This document shows positions 56,946 through 63,683 of a DNA stretch of 63,683 nucleotides, in pieces (the first letter of the stretch is position 1; each line of letters opens with the position of its first letter). This DNA is from Verrucomicrobiia bacterium. GTDB taxonomy: Bacteria > Methylomirabilota > Methylomirabilia > Rokubacteriales > CSP1-6. The stretch lies in assembly GCA_035493135.1 (NCBI GenBank), contig DATJIR010000386.1, forward strand, positions 1 to 63,683. The letters are read 5' to 3'. Both the position numbers and the translations under genes were made by a program. The notes beneath the pieces were generated by a model that saw only the letters and a program-made list of their open reading frames with translations, was not told the origin of the DNA and searched no databases.

Positions 56946-57704
56946 ATGAGCAACACGACGACGGTGACGCTCGACGCGTTCCGGCGGGACGGCTTCGTGG
57001 TGGTCCCGGGCCTCTTCGGCGAGGCGGAGATGCGCCGCATCTCGGAGTGGACCGACGAGCTGCAGGCGCTGCCGGAGCGGCCCGGGCACTGCATGATGTA
57101 CTTCGAGCCGAGCCTGCTCGAGCCGGGGAAGCGCGTGCTGCAGCGGATCGAGAACTTCTGTCCCTTCCATCCCGGCTTCGCGGCCCTGTGCGACGGGGCC
57201 AAGCTGTGCGGCTTCGCGTCCGACCTCTTCGGCGAGCCCGCGGTGCTGTTCAAGGACAAGATCAACTTCAAGCTGCCCGGGGGGGACGGGTTCAAGCCGC
57301 ACCAGGACCAGCAGGCGGGCTGGAGCGTCTACGCCGACCTGTTCATCACCGCGATGGTGAGCATCGATCCGACCACCGAGGAGAACGGCTGCCTCGAGCT
57401 GGCCGCCGGCCACCACACCCGCGGCCTCATCGGCGACGAGTGGAAGCCGCTCACCCCCGAGGACATGCGCCGCATGGACGCCCGCCCGGTGCCGACCCGG
57501 GCCGGGGACGTGGTGTTCTTCGACTCCTACACGCCCCACGCCTCGGGCCCCAACCTGACCCGCGAGCGCCGGCGCGTCCTCTACATCACCTACAACCGTC
57601 GCTCCGCCGGGGACCATCGGGTCCGCTACTACGCGGACAAGCGGAAAAGTTTTCCGCCCGACATCGAACGCGACCCGAGCCGGACCTACACGTTCCGGGT
57701 CTGA
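56946..57704 (+). CDS. Phytanoyl-CoA dioxygenase (PhyH) family Fe(II)/2-oxoglutarate oxygenase
   Basis: 252 aa with an HxD in KPHQDQ, a distal His in YTPHASGPN, and Arg in RRRVLYITY. Confidence 0.75.
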   Translation: MSNTTTVTLDAFRRDGFVVVPGLFGEAEMRRISEWTDELQALPERPGHCMMYFEPSLLEPGKRVLQRIENFCPFHPGFAALCDGAKLCGFASDLFGEPAVLFKDKINFKLPGGDGFKPHQDQQAGWSVYADLFITAMVSIDPTTEENGCLELAAGHHTRGLIGDEWKPLTPEDMRRMDARPVPTRAGDVVFFDSYTPHASGPNLTRERRRVLYITYNRRSAGDHRVRYYADKRKSFPPDIERDPSRTYTFRV

Positions 57705-57773
57705 GCCGGGGTCCGGCGCGTCCGGTCCGCCATTTATTGCTTCCCGGTGTCGATTGTGCTACTCCGGATATTC

Positions 57774-58034
57774 ATGATCACCCGCGCGCCCGCTCTTCCT
57801 CCGCTCGCCCGCATCGCGCTCGTGCTCGCGGGCTGCCTGGCCGCCGCGTCGCCCGCCGAGGCCTATCTCGATCCGGGGACCGGCAGCATGCTCCTCTCGG
57901 CGGTGATCGGGGTGGCGGCGGCGGTCGGCCTCGCGGTGAAGATGTTCTGGTATCGGCTGCTCGGGCTGATTCGCGGCAAGGCGCGCGGCTCCCGGCCGGG
58001 AGTGGTGGACCGGGCCCCCTCAGCGGACGAGTAG
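57774..58034 (+). CDS. Small exported/membrane protein with a YLDPGTGS motif
   Basis: 86 aa from ATG 57774. The signal has a possible lipobox LAGC or an AEA/Y cleavage site, followed by YLDPGTGSMLLSAVIGVAAAVGLAV (a TM helix) and a basic tail. Confidence 0.5.
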   Translation: MITRAPALPPLARIALVLAGCLAAASPAEAYLDPGTGSMLLSAVIGVAAAVGLAVKMFWYRLLGLIRGKARGSRPGVVDRAPSADE

Positions 58035-58046
58035 CCCGTCCGGCCG

Positions 58047-59207
58047 GTGGGGATCTGGCAGGACTGGACCAGCTACCGCCGTTTCCAGAAGCTCCCACCC
58101 CCGGACCGCAACCTGGTCTTCTACTCCGAGACCCACCAGGACTGGCACCATCTCCAGCCGCTCATCGACGTCCTGATCGGGCCGCTCGGTCGCATGGTCT
58201 GCCACGTCACCTCCGAGCCCTCGGTGCCGCTGCCCCCCGCCGCGCCCGGCCTCCACGCCTTCCGCATCCGGTCGGGCGCGCTCTGCACGTGGCTCTTCCA
58301 GACGCTCCGGGCCGACGTGATGGTGCTGACCATGCTCGACCTGCAGAACTTCCAGCTGAAGCGCTCGCTCCACCCCGTGCACTACTGCTACGTGTTCCAC
58401 AGCATGGGCAGCACCCACATGGTGGACCACGAGAACTCCTACGATCACTACGAGAGCCTGCTCTGCGCCGGGCCGCACCACGTGGCGGAGATCCGCCGCC
58501 GCGAGGAGCTCGCGGGCCTGCCGCCCAAGCACCTCTTCGCCTACGGCTACCCGCGCCTCGAGCGGCTGGTGGCCGCGGGGGCGGCGCGCGCGCCGCGGCC
58601 CGGCGGCCCGCCCACCGCGCTCCTCGCGCCGACGTGGGGCCCCCAATCGACCCTGCACGTCTGCGGTGAGCCCCTCATCGCGGCGCTGCTCGGCGCGGGC
58701 GTCCGGGTGGTCCTGCGGCCGCACTACCAGACCGCGCGGCTCGCGCCGCGGCTCGTCGAGGGCCTGATCGCCCGGTTCGAGACGGATCCCAACTTCCGCC
58801 ACGTGGACCGGATGGAGGAGAGCGACTCCCTGTTCGACTCCGACCTGCTGATCAGCGACTGGTCCGCGATGGCGATCGAGTACGCGCTCGGCCTCGGCCG
58901 CCCGGTGCTCTTCGTCGACGTCCCGCCCCGGGTGCGGAACCCGCACTACGCCCGGCTCGGCCTCGAGCCGATGGAGATGCGCATCCGGCGCGAGCTCGGG
59001 ACGATCCTGCCGCTCGACCGCCTGGCCGACGCGCCCCGCTACGTGGCCGACCTCCTGCGGGACGCGGAGATCTTTCGCAAGCGCGGCGTCGTGCTCCGGG
59101 AGGAGTGGGCCTTCAACTTCGGCCGGAGCGTCGAGGCGGGCGCGCGCGAGATCGCACGGCTCGCCGAGCAGCAGCGGGGCCGCGGGGCGGTCGGCCGCGC
59201 GCGATGA
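58047..59207 (+). CDS. CDP-glycerol glycerophosphotransferase-like (TagB/TagF family) protein
   Basis: 386 aa. LLAPTWGPQS...VVLRPHY...DLLISDWSAMAIEYALGLGRPVLFVD matches the Glyphos_transf pattern (YaPTwR...H...LITDYSS). GTG start. Confidence 0.55.
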   Translation: MGIWQDWTSYRRFQKLPPPDRNLVFYSETHQDWHHLQPLIDVLIGPLGRMVCHVTSEPSVPLPPAAPGLHAFRIRSGALCTWLFQTLRADVMVLTMLDLQNFQLKRSLHPVHYCYVFHSMGSTHMVDHENSYDHYESLLCAGPHHVAEIRRREELAGLPPKHLFAYGYPRLERLVAAGAARAPRPGGPPTALLAPTWGPQSTLHVCGEPLIAALLGAGVRVVLRPHYQTARLAPRLVEGLIARFETDPNFRHVDRMEESDSLFDSDLLISDWSAMAIEYALGLGRPVLFVDVPPRVRNPHYARLGLEPMEMRIRRELGTILPLDRLADAPRYVADLLRDAEIFRKRGVVLREEWAFNFGRSVEAGAREIARLAEQQRGRGAVGRAR

Positions 59208-61000
59208 CCTCGCGGCGTCGGCTGCTGCGCTGGGCCCACTGGTTCACCGCGGCGCACGCGGGCCTGCTCGGCCTCATCGGCCTGCGCTACCTGTGGCTCT
59301 ACATGCGGCTCTCCCCGAGGGTGGCCTGGGTCTACGCGCCGCTCGGCTACATCGGCCACATCGCGGTGCTCGCCTACCTGCCCATCCTCCTGCTGGTGGT
59401 TCCCCTCGTCCTGCTGCTCCCGTGGCCGCGCGTGGTGGTGCCCGTGGGGGTGGTGCTGGCCAGCGCGGCGGCCGGCTTCCTGATGCTCGACAGTCTGGTC
59501 TTCGCGGAGAACCGCTACCACCTCGGCATCCTGACCGCCACCCTGCTGGCTCCGCAGACGTGGCTCTTCCTCGGGATCTACTTCGCGATCGGCCTGGCCA
59601 TCGAGGGAATGCTCGCGCGCGCGGTCTGGCGCCGCACCGAGACCGCCCCCACCCGGCCCATCGGCCGGTACCTGGCCCTCGGCCTCGTCCTGTGCTTCGC
59701 GGTGGCGAACCTCATGCACGCGTGGTTCGAGGCCCGCTACGACGTCCCGGTGACCTCGTTCACCCGCTACCTCCCGCTCTACTTCCCGCTGCGCGACACC
59801 AAGCTGCAGAGCCGCCTGGGCCTCCTGGATCCCCGCATCGCGCGCGAGCGGGGGGTGGTGGCCGCGCTCGGCCAGCCCCCGGCGGGTGAGCTCCAGTATC
59901 CGCTCCACCCCTTGACCTGCTCCCCACCCCGGCCGATGCCCAACGTGCTCATCGTCGTCATCGACGGGATGCGGGCGGACGTCCTCACGCCCGAGTACGC
60001 TCCGCGGATGAGCGAGTTCGCCCGAGGGGCGACCCGCTTCGCATCCCACTACAGCGGGGGTAATTCTTCGCGGGCCGGCATGTTCTCCATCTTCTACGGC
60101 CTGCCCGCGACCTACTGGGACGCGTTCGCCGGGTTCGCCCGGCCCCCCGTGATGATGGATCTGTTCCGACAGCACGAGTACCAGCTCGGGGTGTTCGCGA
60201 GCTCGCCGCTGTACCGGATCGTGCAGCTCGACCGCACGGCCCTGGCCCGGGTCCCGAACCTGCGCCTCGAGACGAGCTCACCCTATCCGGGCTCGAGCGG
60301 CCGGGACCGCACCCTGACCGAGGAGTGGTACCGGTGGCTCGACCGGCGGGATCCCTCGCGTCCCTTCCTCGGCTTCCTCTATTACAACGCGGTGGTGGCG
60401 AGCGAGCCGCCCGACAACTATCCGCACATGTTCCAGCCGCCGGCGCAATCGACCCACCTCCAGCGCCTGGCCGCGCGCTACCTGAGCGCGGTGCACTTCG
60501 TGGACGGCCTGGTCGGCCAGGTGCTCGACGACCTGCGCCGCCGCAAGCTGCTCGACGACCTGGTCGTGCTCATCACGTCGGATCACGGCATGGAGTTCAA
60601 CGAGAACGGGCTCGGCTTCTCCGGCCACGGCACGTCCTACAGCGAGTACCAGACGCACAGCCCGCTGGTGCTGCGCTGGCCCGGACGACCCGTCGGGCTC
60701 ATCGAGCGCCGCACGTCGCACAACGACGTGGCGCCGACGTTCGTCTCCGGGCTCTTCGGGTGCACGAACCCGCCGTCCGACTACTCGAGCGGCCACGACC
60801 TCTACGCCGACGCTCCCTGGAACTGGCTCATCGCAGCGAGCTACACGGAGTTCGCCCTCCTCGAGCCGGACCGGGTGACCATCGTCTACCCGGCGTACTA
60901 CGAGATCCGCGGGCGCGACTACCGCCTGATCCCGCGCGCCACGCCGCCGCGCGACGCGCTGCTGAGCGCGCAGAAGGAGATGGGCCGGTTCTACCGCTGA
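59204..61000 (+). CDS. YejM/PbgA-like inner-membrane protein (DUF3413 + sulfatase/alkaline-phosphatase fold)
   Basis: 598 aa with 5 N-terminal TM helices. Sulfatase-fold segments follow (NVLIVVIDGMRAD, YSGGNSSRAGMFSIFYGLP, LITSDHG). There is an ATGA overlap with the upstream gene. Confidence 0.75.
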   Translation: MTSRRRLLRWAHWFTAAHAGLLGLIGLRYLWLYMRLSPRVAWVYAPLGYIGHIAVLAYLPILLLVVPLVLLLPWPRVVVPVGVVLASAAAGFLMLDSLVFAENRYHLGILTATLLAPQTWLFLGIYFAIGLAIEGMLARAVWRRTETAPTRPIGRYLALGLVLCFAVANLMHAWFEARYDVPVTSFTRYLPLYFPLRDTKLQSRLGLLDPRIARERGVVAALGQPPAGELQYPLHPLTCSPPRPMPNVLIVVIDGMRADVLTPEYAPRMSEFARGATRFASHYSGGNSSRAGMFSIFYGLPATYWDAFAGFARPPVMMDLFRQHEYQLGVFASSPLYRIVQLDRTALARVPNLRLETSSPYPGSSGRDRTLTEEWYRWLDRRDPSRPFLGFLYYNAVVASEPPDNYPHMFQPPAQSTHLQRLAARYLSAVHFVDGLVGQVLDDLRRRKLLDDLVVLITSDHGMEFNENGLGFSGHGTSYSEYQTHSPLVLRWPGRPVGLIERRTSHNDVAPTFVSGLFGCTNPPSDYSSGHDLYADAPWNWLIAASYTEFALLEPDRVTIVYPAYYEIRGRDYRLIPRATPPRDALLSAQKEMGRFYR

Positions 61001-62574
61001 TGGTCGGGCGACGCCCGTGGCGTCCGCTCCTGCTCCGCCTGCCCATCGTGGTCGGGCTGCTCGCGGGAGCGCCCGTGCCCGTTGCCGCGAATGAGACGGA
61101 CGGGCGCGTAAGGGTCGCCACCGAGCGCCTCGAGGTCGTGCTCGCGCTCGACGGGGCCCGGCCGGTGACCTGGCGGGCCTGCCGCCCCTCGTGCCTCCGG
61201 GCCGACGCGGAGTCCGGAACGTCGATCCGCTTCACCGGCGCCGGCGACGCCGCGCAGCCGCGCCTGGTCCTGCACGGCGCCGGGGGGCCGATCGACCTGG
61301 GGCGGCTCCGCTTCATCGCCGACGCGAACGGGGAGGACCCGGCTTCGCGGGTGACGCTCCGGACCGATCTGCCGGTCGCCGGCGTCCGGCTGGAAGAGTC
61401 GTTCGCGCTCTCGCGGGACGGCTACGAGACCGCGCTCACGGTGAGGCTCGTCGGGCCGGGGGCGGCCGCCTTCACCGCGACGGCCCGCCCCGCGCTGGAG
61501 GTGGCGCCGGGGCGTGATCTCCTCCCGGCCCCGGCCGCGGGCTTCGCGGCGCTGCTCGAGCGCGTCGGGCGCGTCGCCGTCGCGGGCGGCGCGGTCCACG
61601 CGGTGGCCGAGCCGCCCGGCCCCGGCACGACGCTCCGGGCCGGGGAATGGGCGGGGGTGCGCGGTCGGTTCTGGGCCATGCTCGCGCGCCCCGAGGGAGC
61701 CGGTGCCGCGGTCGAGCCGCGTCCGGGGCCCGGCGTGGCCCTGGCGGCGCCCGCCGCGTCGGGGCCCGCGCCGACCGAGTGGCGCTACACGATCTACGCG
61801 GGCCCGGTGGAGCGCGAGGCGCTGAGCCGCGCGGATCCCGAGCTCGAGCGCCTGCTCCTCTCGGGCCTCTGGTGGTGGCTGCGCGCCCTCGCGCTCGGTC
61901 TCCTCGCCCTGCTCCACGGGTGGATCGCGTGGCTCGGCCATCCCGGGGTGGCGGTGATGGCGCTCGCGGTGTCGGTCAAGGTGCTGCTGCTGCCGCTGGC
62001 CGCGGTCGCCGAGCGCCTGCAGGAGCAGGTCAACGCGACCCAGGCGCGGCTCCAGCCGGGGCTCGACGCCATCAACGCGGCCCACCGGGGGGAGGAGCGG
62101 ACCCGGCGCACGCTCGCGCTCTATCGCGAGCTGGGCGTTCACCCGCTCTACACCCTGAAGAGCCTGGCCGGCTTCCTGATCCAGATCCCGGTGTTCATCG
62201 CGGTGTTCGACATGCTCGCGGAGGATGTCGATCTCTACCGGGTGCCGTTCCTCTGGATCCGCGACCTGTCGCGTCCGGACGCGGTCGCGACGCTGCCCGC
62301 GTGCGTGCCCTTCTTCGGCTGCGACCTCAACCTGCTCCCGTTCCTGATGAGCGCGGTCTCGCTGGCCACGCTGCTCCGCTTCCGCTCGCCGGTGCTGACC
62401 CCGGCGCTGGTCCGTCGACAGCGCCGGAACCTCGCCGGCATGACCCTGCTGTTCTTCCTCCTCTTCTACACGTTTCCCGCCGGCATGGTCCTCTACTGGA
62501 CCTCGACCAATGCCTTCCAGCTGCTGAGCCAGGAAGTGACGCGCGGGTGGCGGGCCCGCCCGGCGAGGCGCTAG
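61000..62574 (+). CDS. yidC: YidC/Oxa1 family membrane protein insertase (paralogue with divergent periplasmic domain)
   Basis: 524 aa. The conserved core is LLPLAAVAERLQEQVNATQARLQP...LYRELGVHPLYTLKSLAGFLIQIPVFIAVFDML...FLWIRDLSRPD...MVLYWTSTNAFQL. There is a TGATG overlap with the upstream gene. Confidence 0.8.
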   Translation: MVGRRPWRPLLLRLPIVVGLLAGAPVPVAANETDGRVRVATERLEVVLALDGARPVTWRACRPSCLRADAESGTSIRFTGAGDAAQPRLVLHGAGGPIDLGRLRFIADANGEDPASRVTLRTDLPVAGVRLEESFALSRDGYETALTVRLVGPGAAAFTATARPALEVAPGRDLLPAPAAGFAALLERVGRVAVAGGAVHAVAEPPGPGTTLRAGEWAGVRGRFWAMLARPEGAGAAVEPRPGPGVALAAPAASGPAPTEWRYTIYAGPVEREALSRADPELERLLLSGLWWWLRALALGLLALLHGWIAWLGHPGVAVMALAVSVKVLLLPLAAVAERLQEQVNATQARLQPGLDAINAAHRGEERTRRTLALYRELGVHPLYTLKSLAGFLIQIPVFIAVFDMLAEDVDLYRVPFLWIRDLSRPDAVATLPACVPFFGCDLNLLPFLMSAVSLATLLRFRSPVLTPALVRRQRRNLAGMTLLFFLLFYTFPAGMVLYWTSTNAFQLLSQEVTRGWRARPARR

Positions 62575-63683
62575 CGGGCCGGGCCCGGGAGGGCCGCGTC
62601 GACGTCCGCGACCAGGCGGATCAGGCCGCGGATGTCGAAGGTCTCCCAGTCCTGCGAGCGGCCCAGGCGGACGACCACGAGCCGACGGGCGGGAGCGATG
62701 ACGATCCGCTGGCCCTGGGTGCCGGAGGCGAAGAACGAGTCGGCAGGCATGCCGCCCCGCACCCGGAGCCGACCGAACTCGCTGTCGCCGCGGTTGGTGA
62801 AGAAGCCGGCGCCGTAGCCGTCCCGCGAGCCGGGGGTGGGGGAGACGGAGTAGTCGACCCAGCCCTCGGGCAGGAGGCGCCGCCCGCCCACGACTCCGTC
62901 GCTCGCGTAGAGCAGGCCGAAGCGTGCCCAGTCCCGCGCGGTCGCGTACATGTAGGTGGAGCCGACCTGGGTGCCGGTGGCGTCGAACTCGAGCGTCACC
63001 CCGCGCATGCCGAGCGGGGCGAACAGCTCGCGCTCCGCGAAGCGGAGCACGTCCTCGGCCCGGCCCCCGACCGCGTCCCGGATGATCCGCGAGAGGATCA
63101 GGGTGCTCGGGCTGCTGTAATGGTAGCGCGTGCCGGGCGGCGCGGTGAGCGCGGCGGCCACCGCGAATCCCGCCATGTCCGGCTCGGTGTAGAGCATGCG
63201 CGACGAGGGATCGAAGCCGTTGTTGGCCTCATCCAGCGCGAGCCCGGTCGTCATGCGCATCAGCTGCTCCACCGTGATCGCCCGGCGCGGGTCGGCCGGA
63301 TCGCGCCAGGCCGGCACCGGGGCGGGGGCGCCGACCGCGAGCCGCCCCTGGCGGACGAGGACGCCGACGAGCGCGTTCACCACCGACTTGTTCATGGACC
63401 ACGAGAGCATCGGGGTGTCGGGGCCGTAGCCCGGCGCGTAGCGCTCCGCGACGACGCGGCCGTCGTGCAGCACCACCACCGCCTTGGTGCCGCGCGCCGG
63501 CCCGCCCGCGGGCTCGGCGAACGCGCGGTCGAGCGCGACCCGCAGCGGCCCGCCCGCCGGGTCGACGGCCGCGGGGCCCGCGATGTCGGCGTCGAGACCC
63601 CGCGCGGGCGTGACCGGCGGCGGGGCGGGGGGCGTCGCCGCCTCGACCGCGCCCGGGTAGGCGAGCGCGCAGCCCACCCCCTC
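62571..63683 (-). CDS. Serine hydrolase, beta-lactamase family (5' end probably beyond the window)
   Basis: SxxK in LSWSMNKSVVNALVG. The reading frame is open to the window end. Its stop shares CTAG with the convergent yidC stop. Confidence 0.75.
   Translation of the reverse strand, partial: EGVGCALAYPGAVEAATPPAPPPVTPARGLDADIAGPAAVDPAGGPLRVALDRAFAEPAGGPARGTKAVVVLHDGRVVAERYAPGYGPDTPMLSWSMNKSVVNALVGVLVRQGRLAVGAPAPVPAWRDPADPRRAITVEQLMRMTTGLALDEANNGFDPSSRMLYTEPDMAGFAVAAALTAPPGTRYHYSSPSTLILSRIIRDAVGGRAEDVLRFAERELFAPLGMRGVTLEFDATGTQVGSTYMYATARDWARFGLLYASDGVVGGRRLLPEGWVDYSVSPTPGSRDGYGAGFFTNRGDSEFGRLRVRGGMPADSFFASGTQGQRIVIAPARRLVVVRLGRSQDWETFDIRGLIRLVADVDAALPGPAR

Overview
This is a very gene-dense bacterial chromosomal segment of 63.7 kb. 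GC is about 70% on the 60-nt lines I hand-counted. I call about 56 protein-coding genes and saw no rRNA, tRNA or CRISPR array. The MlaA lipoprotein, YejM-like protein and Tat-signal binding proteins point to a diderm host.

Most of the content is ordinary metabolism and transport:
- one sugar-type and two peptide-type ABC importers, none with an adjacent ATPase gene
- acyl-CoA metabolism (ADP-forming and AMP-forming ligases, a carboxyltransferase, a CoA-transferase, an SDR)
- several LLM/F420-type, cupin, NTF2/SnoaL and GNAT enzymes
- a glycolipid GT28 + TPR operon
- a sugar-nucleotide modification operon

The items that stand out are:
1. A class II ribonucleotide reductase (nrdJ) interrupted by two LAGLIDADG inteins. 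Each sits directly in front of a catalytic cysteine. Putative tandem NrdR boxes lie over its promoter.
2. A shattered tyrosine-recombinase remnant bordering a block of about 5.8 kb with lower GC.
3. A decayed PDZ-membrane-cyclase gene carrying two frameshifts, an in-frame TAG, a domain deletion and an exact 16-bp tandem duplication.
4. A translationally coupled envelope cluster: a small YLDPGTGS protein, a TagF-like glycerophosphotransferase, a YejM-like sulfatase-fold protein and a YidC paralogue.
5. A MarR-linked two-subunit cupin dioxygenase resembling hydroquinone 1,2-dioxygenase.

I did not recognise a defence system, toxin-antitoxin pair or secondary-metabolite cluster. The best candidate for an undescribed system is the 57.8-62.6 kb envelope cluster, and that is inference from domain recognition only. 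All family assignments come from reading the translations, because no searches could be run.
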